Assembly: GCF_006345805.1 (NCBI RefSeq)
Contig: NW_021833833.1
Span: 1 to 53,968 of the forward strand
Source of the DNA: Octopus sinensis
Taxonomy: Eukaryota
Direction: 5' to 3'
DNA length: 53,968 bases
Shown: positions 12,888 to 24,729 of the stretch, one piece after another
Numbering within the stretch: the stretch's first letter is position 1
Layout of the letters: the number at the start of each line of letters is the position of its first letter
Notes under the pieces: model-generated
Seen by the model: only the letters and a program-made list of their open reading frames with translations
Database searches by the model: none
What the model was told of the DNA's origin: nothing
Position numbers and translations under genes: made by a program

Positions 12888-13115
12888 GAACATTAACAAT
12901 GGATGTGATAATATCAGCAGCGGCAGCAGTGAGTGATAGAAGCAGTGGCAGTCGTAGTGGTAAGAACAGCAGTAGTAGCAGAAGTAGCAGTAGTAGTAGT
13001 AGTGGCAGCAGCAACAACAGCAGAAGCAGCAGCAACAGTAGCAGCAGCAGCAGCAGCAGCAACACCAGTAGCAGCATCAGTAGCAGCATCAGGAGGAGCT
13101 ATGATAAAGCGACAG
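10040..13115. repeat. ~3-kb compound trinucleotide-repeat domain upstream of Atoh8
   Basis: Blocks of AGT/GGT, AAC, ACT/ACC, GAT/GAC, ATT and AGC interleaved with short unique stretches. Confidence 0.9.
12899..12959 (+). CDS. Possible first coding micro-exon of the Atoh8 gene (MDVIISAAAAVSDRSSGSRS)
   Basis: ATG in a good context (AACAATGG). A strong donor AGTG|GTAAGA at 12960 is phase-compatible with AG acceptors at 13175-76 or 13238-39 in the Atoh8 frame. The polypyrimidine tracts are weak. Confidence 0.25.
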
Positions 13116-13157
13116 TGAAGACTACTAGAAGGCAGCGAGTACGACCCACTACTAGAG

Positions 13158-15401
13158 TTGACCCAAAACCGTCCAGTAACGGCGCCGGAAACAACGGCGC
13201 TCACGAACACTGCACCCACCGATAGTGATCCATCGTCAGTCATAATCGGTGGAGTTGCGGCTGACCATGACAGCTCTCGATCACACACCACTGTCATCAC
13301 TTTTACAACAACAACCACCTGCCAACAAATTGACAACAACGGTCCATCACACGACGACGTTAACAACAGCAACAAGAAGAAGCACACCATTAGCATCAAT
13401 AACATCACTCGCCCTCATCTCAATGGGGACGCTGTCAGTGAAATCTACAAAGGTCCGCAAGCGACCGTCGAGAGTGGTGGTAACCAGCCGAAAATCAGCA
13501 ATAAGGACGATAGCAAGAGTGACGAGTCCGAACAGAGCAGGTTACAAGCAGACGACCAGCGAGAAGGGAGTATTTCGGTCGGTAAAACCAGTTCTATTAA
13601 AACCAGTTGTAGTCCTAAAATCCAGCTTACCCCAGTCGTTGATAACAAGGAAGATGGGTTACCTGTCACCACAACTGCTATCATTAACAACACTACCAAC
13701 GACAACAACAACACCAACAACCACAACAACACGAATAACAACACACCACCGGCGAGGAAGAATAAGCGGAAACTAAGTGAACCTCGGAAAAGAACGGATT
13801 TTAATATTAAACGTTTTTGTCCGGAGAGTCCCGAAGGAAGTATTTCGGAGGGTTGTTGTAGCGATGACTACAATGGATTACATGTACGACTGTTAGACAC
13901 CCCGGAGGAAGTACGCTCCTCGTTTCTATTCGAACACAACGATTCAGGTTCGGATCAAGTCGATGACAGTGAATTAGACGAGCACGCTGGGGACACGTTT
14001 TTCGATGTCCGTGCTAATGCTGATCCAGACCTTGATTTACACTCCGAGTTTCTGAGCCCCGATCTCTACGGCCAGCCCCCTACCACGGCATTAGCTGTGA
14101 GGACCCTTGCCGCCGCCACCTCTTTATTACACAGGAGGTATCTACGACCGTACAGCGAAAGCAGTGGCCGTCTCAGCGATAACACAACAGTGTCCAGCCA
14201 ACAAAACCACATCTACGCCGCTCACAAATCATCATCATCATCGTCATCATCATCAACGTCATCACTATCATCATCGTTATCATCATCGTCGTCCACGTCG
14301 CTCCGAACCCGGCGACACCAACACCAAAAACAGCAGCAGCAGCAGCAGCTACAACTGCAGCACAAGCAGCAGCAGCAGCAGCAACAACAACAAAAACACA
14401 ATCGACATCAGCCCTTAAACCTTATCAGTGCCGAAGGAAGCTGCAGCAGTAGTAGTAGTAGCAATAATAGCCTGTCTGCCACCGCCGCCGCCGCCACTAC
14501 CACTACCACTACCACCATCACCACCACCACCACCACACCCTCCGCCAACATCGCCAACAGAACGACGGGTAACACAGTGATCCACATCCCCTCCTCCTCC
14601 TCCACCACCACCGCCGCCGCCGCCGCCATCGCCGCCGCCACCGCTAACAACAATACCATCCCTCGCAGCACGCTCCGTACGGACCAGTCTTTTCAACATT
14701 TTCCCTACGTCGTTGACACCGTCGTTGATGGTTCGGACGATGATGATGACGACGACGACGACGACGATGAAGACGACGACGACGATGATGATGATGACGA
14801 CGACGACGACGACGATGTAACAGCTGACAGAGAATGCGCTTCTTCTTCCTCATCTCCCTCCACGTTGCTGCTTCCAGCGCCACCGCCTCTACATTTTGAC
14901 GATTTCGTCAACGGCCATCATCAACAACATCACGACGGCAGCGGCAACAACAACAACAACAACAGCAACAGCAACAATAATAACAACTACCACCATCACC
15001 ATCATCATCACGATCCTAATCATCCTCATAATCATCATCATAATAATCTCCATCTACACGGAAGCGGCAAAAGTTCAGGCGGTAGTAGTAAAAAAACACG
15101 GAAAAATTACAAAAACATGACGCGTGAGAGACGTATCGAAGCGAACGCTCGAGAAAGGTCCCGGGTTCACACAATCAGTGCGGCGTTTGAAAACCTTCGC
15201 AGAGCGGTGCCGTCCTATTCATGTAACCAAAAACTTTCTAAACTAGCTATACTTCGGATCGCATGTTGTTATATCTTAGCCCTGGCCAGATTAGCTAACA
15301 TGGATTACTCAGCAGAACAAACAGCAATGACATTTTCGGATTGTGTGGATTTATGTACACGGACAATACAGACAGAAGGAAGAGCCAGACGACGCCATTG
15401 A
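13158..15401 (+). CDS. ATOH8: Atonal homolog 8 / Net-class bHLH transcription factor; long low-complexity N-terminus, start codon unresolved (13158 is a TTG)
   Basis: C-terminal RRIEANARERSRVHTISAAFENLRRAVPSYSCNQKLSKLAILRIACCYILALARLANMDYS...DLCTRTIQTEGRARRRH closely matches the ATOH8/Net bHLH and its family-specific tail. The frame is open from 13119 to TGA at 15399-15401. The basic motif RKNKRKLSEPRKR lies at 13755-13793. Confidence 0.93.
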   Translation: MTQNRPVTAPETTALTNTAPTDSDPSSVIIGGVAADHDSSRSHTTVITFTTTTTCQQIDNNGPSHDDVNNSNKKKHTISINNITRPHLNGDAVSEIYKGPQATVESGGNQPKISNKDDSKSDESEQSRLQADDQREGSISVGKTSSIKTSCSPKIQLTPVVDNKEDGLPVTTTAIINNTTNDNNNTNNHNNTNNNTPPARKNKRKLSEPRKRTDFNIKRFCPESPEGSISEGCCSDDYNGLHVRLLDTPEEVRSSFLFEHNDSGSDQVDDSELDEHAGDTFFDVRANADPDLDLHSEFLSPDLYGQPPTTALAVRTLAAATSLLHRRYLRPYSESSGRLSDNTTVSSQQNHIYAAHKSSSSSSSSSTSSLSSSLSSSSSTSLRTRRHQHQKQQQQQQLQLQHKQQQQQQQQQKHNRHQPLNLISAEGSCSSSSSSNNSLSATAAAATTTTTTTITTTTTTPSANIANRTTGNTVIHIPSSSSTTTAAAAAIAAATANNNTIPRSTLRTDQSFQHFPYVVDTVVDGSDDDDDDDDDDDEDDDDDDDDDDDDDDDVTADRECASSSSSPSTLLLPAPPPLHFDDFVNGHHQQHHDGSGNNNNNNSNSNNNNNYHHHHHHHDPNHPHNHHHNNLHLHGSGKSSGGSSKKTRKNYKNMTRERRIEANARERSRVHTISAAFENLRRAVPSYSCNQKLSKLAILRIACCYILALARLANMDYSAEQTAMTFSDCVDLCTRTIQTEGRARRRH

Positions 15402-15504
15402 AACAACGGAATGATGGCCCCAGTTTTTCCTTGATTTTTTTTTTTTTCTCACTAAAAATGCAATAATGTAAATAGTTCTGGTTATTGCTGCTAAGCTCTA
15501 TCCG

Positions 15505-15519
15505 TCTATCTATCTATCA

Positions 15520-15593
<74 letters not shown>
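15505..15593. repeat. (TATC)n tetranucleotide microsatellite, probably in or near the Atoh8 3' UTR
   Basis: Direct inspection. Confidence 0.9.
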
Positions 15594-15594
<1 letters not shown>

Positions 15595-15949
15595 AGCTTT
15601 TCCTGAATGGTTTATATACGTTAACAAAGTATTGTTTCTTCTTTCAATGTATTGTTATATATCTCTGTTTTTGTCCGACCCCTCTCTCTCTCTCTCTACA
15701 CCATCACTCTCTCTCTCTCTCTTTCTTTCTCTTTCTCACACTTTTTCTTTCTCTCTCTCTCTCGTCTAAATCTCCTTTCTCTTGCTTGACTTCTTCCTCC
15801 TTATTTTGTTTTTTTTTTCTTTCTTTCTCTCCGATTCTTTTCACCACTCCCACTCCTGCAACTGTCACCTCCGTTCATATCTCCCCGCTCTGTTTATTCT
15901 TATTATGCATTGATTTTTACATGAATACATACATATAAACACATGTGTA

Positions 15950-15951
15950 AA

Positions 15952-16013
<62 letters not shown>

Positions 16014-16039
16014 ATGAATAAATATATATATAGATATAT

Positions 16040-16081
<42 letters not shown>

Positions 16082-16140
16082 GCAGACAAAACACCTTAGT
16101 ATATACATGCTTATTTGATCATGTATTTACACGCATATAT

Positions 16141-16174
<34 letters not shown>

Positions 16175-16201
16175 AAAAAAATATATATATATATATATGT
16201 A

Positions 16202-16261
<60 letters not shown>

Positions 16262-16320
16262 ATATATATATATATATATCTATATATATATATATATATA
16301 GATATATATGTATACGCATG
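15950..16320. repeat. (TA)n/(TACA)n microsatellite cluster
   Basis: Direct inspection. Confidence 0.9.
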
Positions 16321-16615
16321 TGTACGTAAATTCATTGATATGCAATATACACGAGCATTTATGCTTATATATCTTACATTTATAAACACACATACACAAA
16401 CATAAACGTATGAGATATATACATGCATATGTATATGTATATTATATATTCAACCCCCAATATACACGCATATACATGTATATGCTAGTGTGTATATTTA
16501 TATGAATGCATATACATGGACCCCCACACATATATATAGTTACGTCTGTATTTATGTATGCATATATCTGTGTGTGTGTATATATATATAAACATATGTT
16601 TGCATGTATGTATGT

Positions 16616-16661
<46 letters not shown>

Positions 16662-17554
16662 TTATGTGAACGTGTGTGTGTGTGTGTGTATTTTACGGTA
16701 GTAAATAGGTACAACAATGTTCATATGATTTTGTTTATTAAATTCAAATTTTGATTAACATGCTAGTAAACAGTTTAATAATCTATTACTACCGTATATC
16801 GATAAACAAAACTACAAACTACACACATCTGTATGTATTCATGTACGTATTGTATAGACGTATATATATATATATATATATTTATATACATACATATATA
16901 TATATTCGTATAGTATTCACGACATATACAATGCTTACATGAACACACAATTTCCGCCTTGACAATTGTCAATACATACAATCTTTCGTGGTTTACAGTC
17001 ACACAAACACACCTTTCCGTCAGTTTCCGTCCTTCTCCGTCTAAAGTCTCTCCTTGTTCTTCAGCGTCTCTCCATGCATGTGTGTGTGTATAAATGCACG
17101 TATGCGTGTGTGTATGTGTGTGTGTGTGTATGCACATATATAAATGCATATGTATGTATGTATGTTTTTATGTGTGTACATTTTATCTCCCTTCCTCTGT
17201 ATTTGTTTCCTTCGCTATTTTCACCTTCAAACTCTTCAACTTGCTCAAATCTTCCTCTAAAATTCCATTCAGGTCTTCTGTACAAAATGCTTGTCAACAT
17301 CATCTTTATCACCAATAATATTATTATTATTATTATTATGAGCATCATTATTATTATAATTATAATTATTATCATTATGATTATTATTATTATCATCATC
17401 ATCATCATCATCATCATCATAATCATCGTCATCATTATTATTATAAATCATCATAATTGATTCCAGAATCTGTAGAACGTTGAAAAAAAAAAAAAACCAA
17501 CAAAAACAAAACAAAACTAAAACAAAACGAAAACAACAACAAAAAAAAAAGAAC

Positions 17555-17737
17555 AATGCCTTAGCAGGTATTTCATTGCGTCCCTTTACATTCTGAGTTC
17601 AAATCCCGCCGAGGTCAACTTTACCTGTCATCCTTCAGAGAGCAAGAAAATAAAGTACCAGTCATGAACTGGGGTCGATTCAAAAGCGACTAAAACCTTC
17701 TAAATTTTGTGGCCTTGTGCCTATGTTAGAAATTATT
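17555..17737 (+). mobile_element. SINE family C partial copy
   Basis: ctgagttcaaatcccgccgaggtcaactttacc...ggggtcgatt. Confidence 0.75.
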
Positions 17738-17746
17738 ATGATAAAT

Positions 17747-17812
<66 letters not shown>

Positions 17813-18062
17813 TTATTATTGGTTCTAAATTTATTTTTTTTTAATTTATTCATTAAGTTTTGTTGAATTTTCGGTCCTGAAATTTTTTGTCTCCCTGTAA
17901 AACATCAATACAATTTATTTAATACATCTTTTTCAAGAAAACTTTTTGATCTTTATGTTGTTTATGATTCTAAACCATCAGAATGAAGATGTAACAATGA
18001 TAAACGGTGGTTAAAGTGTCTGTCACATTGTATTAGTGCGTGAGTGTATGTGTGTGCGACAG

Positions 18063-18117
<55 letters not shown>

Positions 18118-18512
18118 GGCAGAGAAAGAGAGGGAAGAAATTCATAGCAAATACGGTGAAAAATGGTCGGAGGAGAGAGCGGCTCCGAATACAAGCCAAC
18201 ACAATGGAATTGGTACGACATCCTAGATATATCCGGGGTTCTCTCTTGGGTATGATATCTAATTCCCTTTCTCTCTCTGTCACTCTTTCTCCCCTTCTCT
18301 CTCGATATATATATATTTATATATATATACATATATGTATGCAAGTGCGTGCGTGTATAATGTATATATATATATATGTATATATCTGTGAGTGTATGTG
18401 AGTGTCTGTCAAAAGAGTGATTAACATGAACACATGTAAAGCACGCACTCATTAAATTTTTGTCAACAGTTTTGTCTTTCAATGATCACCATCGTAATCA
18501 ATATTAATGTGC

Positions 18513-18553
<41 letters not shown>

Positions 18554-18566
18554 TATATACCCACAC

Positions 18567-18611
<45 letters not shown>

Positions 18612-18744
18612 ACATATATATATATATATATTATATATATATAATATGCATATAGTGTATACATGTATACAATATAAATATATGCATTATGTGTGTGTGT
18701 GTAAACATTTTTAAATGTATATATGTAAAAATACATGTATGTGC

Positions 18745-18779
<35 letters not shown>

Positions 18780-18984
18780 ATATATATATATATATATAAA
18801 GAGAGAGAGAGAGATAAATAGATAGATACACACATATATATATAAGCATATAAGTGTGTTTGTTTTCGATTGTATGTATATACACTGGATCCTCATAACC
18901 ATTAATTTGTGTATCTGCTGCATATGCACTTAATTACATTATATATATATACATATGTGAACGTGTGCATGTATATATTTAGAA

Positions 18985-19018
<34 letters not shown>

Positions 19019-19119
19019 CACTCACGCATGCTCACACACACATCACACAGACACATATATACGTATATATATATAGTTATGTTTTAGGGACATCTGTGCA
19101 CTCACATTCACACACACGC

Positions 19120-19152
<33 letters not shown>

Positions 19153-19172
<20 letters not shown>

Positions 19173-19712
19173 GTAGGATAGCCTGTGTGGTTAAGAAACT
19201 CGCTTCCCGATCACGTGGTCTTAAGTTCAATGCTACGGCCTGGTACCTTGTCCAAGTGTTTTCTACTATATCTCCGGACCGACAAAAGCCTCTTCTAATA
19301 CATATGTATTCGTATGTGTACACATACAACATGTAAGCGCACATATGCAGGAGTATGTCTCCTTGGCTTGACGTCATGTGATTGTTCCAAACGGACACCG
19401 ACCACCGTGCAAGCGGTATAGGCCGTTTTCTATCTTTGGTGAAGTCATGGCTATTGGAGAGCTTGCTACATACATACATACATACATACACACACACATA
19501 CATACATACATACATACATATATACATGCATGCATGCATACATACATACATATATACATGCATGCATACATACATACATACATACATACATACATACATA
19601 CATACACACATACATACATACATACATATATACATGCATGCATGCATACATACATACATACAAATATACATGCATGCATATATACATACATACATACATA
19701 CATACACATACA

Positions 19713-19744
<32 letters not shown>

Positions 19745-20050
19745 GATAGACAGACTCACACACCACACACACACATACACAGTGACTTCGAAGTTTTGGT
19801 CAGCTAAGCCGTTGTCATATGAGTGTGTCGTTTGCGTCTGTGTTTGCTCCACTCCCACGCCAATCCACTGTCGCTTGACAACCGGTGATGCTTTGTTTAC
19901 GTCCCTGTAACGTAGCGGTTCCGCAAAAGACAGCGATAGAATAAGTACCATGTCTCAAAAATAACTAGTGTAGTCGACAAAAAAAGGTTTGAAGGCAGTG
20001 CTCCAGCATGACCGCACTCCAATGACTGAAACACGTCAACAATAAAAGAT
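19153..20050 (+). mobile_element. Diverged SINE family A split by (TACA)n/(TGCA)n expansion (head ~19153-19295, 3' half ~19790-20050)
   Basis: Both halves match family A; the middle is tetranucleotide repeat plus short unique sequence. Confidence 0.6.
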
Positions 20051-20738
20051 AGATTTATGTGTGTGTGTGTGTGTGTGTATGTGTGCGTGTATACAATATT
20101 CAGATGTGTGCATGTATGACTGAATGTATATGTATAGTTTATCTCTATCTTAGTACTAAATTAATTACAAAGGAGAGCCTCTGAACAGAGTCTAGTTCCG
20201 CTAAAAATGGCAGCTAAAACATCTCTTAATATGGATGGACACATTCCATAATACAGTCCCAGGTACTGCCTTATTGGACCTATTGCACAGTTGGAATATT
20301 GTGATCTTAAGTGAACGGGACAAGATTTTCTTTGAGCTAAATGACAGACATAGAGACATCTATCAATGCATTTATGTATGTAAACGTGTATATGTGTCTG
20401 TATATATTTATACACATATATAGAGAGTTTGATAGATATATGCGTATATATATATATAAATACACACACACATGTACATGTGTATGTATGTGTATATATG
20501 TATAAAAAATGCATGTGCGTGTGTGTGTATCCTGAGATATTTAGGAAAGGTGGCGAGTGAAAAATTAGTAAACAGAATTGTAAGCTTTCACCGTTTATTG
20601 ATTATGGAAAATTGTCAATTAGGGAATATAAACCCCACCATAACATAAAAGTAAATGGGCATTAGAGCACATGGGAATTGAACCCACGCCTCTTAGAAAC
20701 ATGTATAATATATACATACATACATATATATATATATT

Positions 20739-20779
<41 letters not shown>

Positions 20780-21214
20780 AAGATAGATAGATAGATACAG
20801 ACACACATAAATATTAATAGATAAATAGATATATTTATAGATATATATAATCATGTAATATATTATATATATATATATATGATATATATGTGCGCACACA
20901 TATATATCTATATATATAATGCATATATATGGATGTGCGTCTATGAGTATATATTTGGATATTTATTACGTTTATTCCTACCTTTAAATTTTGTATGTAA
21001 ATATATATATATATATATATAGATGTATTGTATGTATTATATGTATCTATATGTATGTATAATGTATATATATATATGGCGAGATAGATACATAAAGGTT
21101 TAAATAGGAATTGATATTCGTACACATACATACACACACATAATGTCTGTATATACATAAATACATAATATGCACGTAAACACTGAGAATTTGTCTTCAT
21201 TTAAGTCTGTGTGT

Positions 21215-21271
<57 letters not shown>

Positions 21272-21585
21272 GTGTGTGTGTGTATGTATGTATGTATATG
21301 TATACACACACACATATATATATATACATATACATAATTCATGCACACACTCACACACACATATATGCAAGTGTGTGTATGTGTGTGTGCATATATGTCT
21401 GTAAGAGTGTGTGCATATATTTAAATATATATATATTTATATAGTTTCTTAAGATTCCTTATTAAGAAGTTATCCTTAATTGTTAAATATATATATATAA
21501 TGAAGGGTGAAATTAATTAATTTGGAATAATTATCAATTACACCAAGTAGTCTTCGGCATGTAAAAGCCTCATTCGAGGAAAATT

Positions 21586-21808
21586 TAAGTAATACTAAGC
21601 AATAAAGGGTTTAGCAACGAATTGCCTTACCACATACCGAATTTAGAAATAGCAGTCAAAGAGTTATAGCTATTTCTTCTACTAAAAAGGGAGATCTCAT
21701 CTCCCTTTTTAGTAGAAGAAATAGCTATAACTCTTTGACTGCTATTTCTAAATTCGGTATGTGGTAAGGCAATTCGTTGCTAAACCCTTTATTGCTTAGT
21801 ATTACTTA
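21586..21808. repeat. Perfect inverted repeat: 110-bp arms with a 3-nt loop
   Basis: 21586-21695 is the exact reverse complement of 21699-21808 (checked base by base); the loop is CTC at 21696-21698. Confidence 0.97.
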
Positions 21809-22531
21809 TATATATCTATATATATATATATATAATATATATAATAAATGAGGTGACTGTGTGTAGACCTAAATATAATATGAGTTTGTGTGTCTAAGTG
21901 TATATATATAAGGCGACAGAATGAGTTGTTATGCGTGTATATGTATGTGTGTGGATGTGGGAGTCCTTGAGTGTACATTGCAGTTGTACACAATAGACAG
22001 CATCATAGATGAGGCCAGCATCACCACCACCACCACCACCACCGCCGCCGCTGCTTCCACCACCATCACGGCTACCAACACCAGCTGGTTCTAAGAGTTC
22101 ACCCCAGTTGCCATCATTCAGGATTGATCCTCTGTTCTCTACCTCTCTCCTTCATCCACTGCAGACATTGATTTGCAGATGTTCAGGTCAGACGGGGAAA
22201 CAGTCACTTCAATATTGGGGGGGGGGGGGTAGGCGGGCTTGTAAAGGTCACACAGACTGCCTCTCCCCATTGATCTACGATGACATACACACTCTCGGAC
22301 AGAGACACACGCATATACACATACACACGCATTTACATGAATTCATACACACCCACCCACCCACCTACAAACAAAGACACACGCAAACGTGCATGCATGA
22401 ATACACGTGCATATACACAAATATATTAATATATATGTTTATGTGCACACACACATGTGTATATGCGCGCATGTGCATATATATTCAGATATATGTACGT
22501 ACATACATACATATATATATACATATGCATT

Positions 22532-22588
<57 letters not shown>

Positions 22589-22724
22589 ATTTATATATTT
22601 ATATATGTGTATATTCGTATATATATAAATATATGTATATGTATAAATACATATACATACACACACATATATATACATACATACCTACATATATATATAT
22701 ATATATTATATAATATATATATAG

Positions 22725-22797
<73 letters not shown>

Positions 22798-22855
22798 CAC
22801 ATGTATATATCTATATATACGTCTATACAATTTACACACACAGAGACTATACATA

Positions 22856-22901
<46 letters not shown>

Positions 22902-23534
22902 CTTTGCATATGTATATACAAAACCCGCCTAGTATTGGGTCCCAGTTGAAGAAACAACACTATGGAAAATGATAATGAAGACAAGAATAATTATGGCTGT
23001 AATATAATAACAAAATTGATGGCTGACGGGGTAGATTACAGGTGGAGAGAACGTAGAACTGTACTCCTTCCCTGGCAATGTGTTTAGTTCTCTACTCCCA
23101 ACGGCACCCGGCTCTTAAGTAGATATATAATTAAGGGTAGAATTTAATGCGTATGCTTTTTAAAGATTATGGATAGAAATATGTGCCTGCCCGTTTGTGT
23201 TTATGCGTACATACACACACATACGCACGCACACATACACACGCATGCATGTGTATATATGTGTGCATGTGTGCATATAAATGCATATACATGCATGTAT
23301 ATGTGTGTGCGTGCATGTATGGTTTTATGTGTATTAAAAATATATATGCAAATATATGTATATATATATGAGCATATAATATATATACTATACATACATA
23401 CGCATATATAATATATATGTATGTGTGTATATATATATACACATTTACATTTATATATATGTATGTATATACAATATATATATATATAATATATATGTGT
23501 GTATATAAATATGTATGTATATAAATATATATAT

Positions 23535-23645
<111 letters not shown>

Positions 23646-23879
23646 GTATATATATATAGGCTATGTGTATGCTGTTTGCTTGTTTATAGGCTTAAAACAT
23701 AAACACAAACATTAATATATGCTAGTGTGTATGTGTGAGTGAGTGCCTTTTGCTTGCTTACAGGATTAACTAGAAAAACACTCTAACCTGCGAGAGAGTA
23801 ATATCATTTAATGAACACAGGTGTTATACATGAGTTATCTCAAGTTTGTTGCTCGGATACTGAGGTAACTGAACGATCC

Positions 23880-24560
23880 TATCATGTCTACCGAGCATAA
23901 TCCAGCAAGGAAATATGAAAAAAAAAATATTATAAAAAATACACAAGACCGAACGTCAAGAAGGCAATTGATCATGCTTCATCATGCACAAAAAGGTCTC
24001 ATTAGTGAATGTTCAGCTTGGATTCAAGAAAGTCGAACCAGATATATTGTTCGACCTATCTATGAGTTCTTATGATAGTGCTGACATGTGTGAATTAGTA
24101 GGGCTTTTTATGCTAAATATCCAAAAAATCAAGTTCACATGTCATTGATTTATATCAAGATGATGGATTGGTGCATTCATGGCGGTGATGATCATACACT
24201 AAATACGTTTTGGAGAAAAACTTCATGTTCCTCTTTTGCAGTATAGGTTTGTGAATCACAATGGCCATGAACCTCACTACATTTGACTTCTTATATGATT
24301 CCTCGGACCTAGATTTAAACACTTGCAAGCCATATCATAAAACAAGTGAAAATCTTAGGTATATACACAAACTGTCTTGCTACCCCTATCTTCTATAAAA
24401 ATTTATAGCTACCTTTAATAATAGGATCTCTAATTGCTTTTCCTCTAAAGAATTAGTCGATAAGGCATCCACCTATTATAATAGCGCTCTCTCCAACTGT
24501 AGCATTAAAGAGATGGTATCAAGCAAGAACTGAGCCTAGACGTAGCACTAAAAAGGTAAA
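23880..24560 (+). mobile_element. Decayed Penelope-like element reverse transcriptase fragment
   Basis: Frameshifted peptides DSADMCELVGLFMLN (from 24074), LYQDDGL (24150-24170, YxDD-like) and LDLNTCKPYHKTSENLRYIHKLS, in the order expected for PLE RT. Confidence 0.7.
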
Positions 24561-24729
24561 GTCTAGCAAGTGGCACTTTAGAGCCTTTCCTCGAATCATT
24601 GCAAATGACCACAGAAGATGATATTTGAGCTGATCTATAAAATGAAACATCAAATTATGCCAATATTTTCACCAAAGTAGTTGTTGAAGTCAAAAGTAAA
24701 CAAAAGTTGACCCTACCTACATCATAGCA

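Noticed and set aside
13249-15120. Alternative-frame and antisense ORFs inside Atoh8
   Set aside because: Expected shadows of a repeat-rich, stop-poor coding sequence.
16959-16972. 14-bp palindrome TTGACAATTGTCAA
   Set aside because: A palindrome of this length can arise by chance in AT-rich DNA, and there is no supporting context.
21545-21580. Minus-strand GAAUGA-GGC...GCC-GAAGAC hammerhead-like string next to the palindrome
   Set aside because: Both core segments deviate, and no stem I or stem III could be formed.
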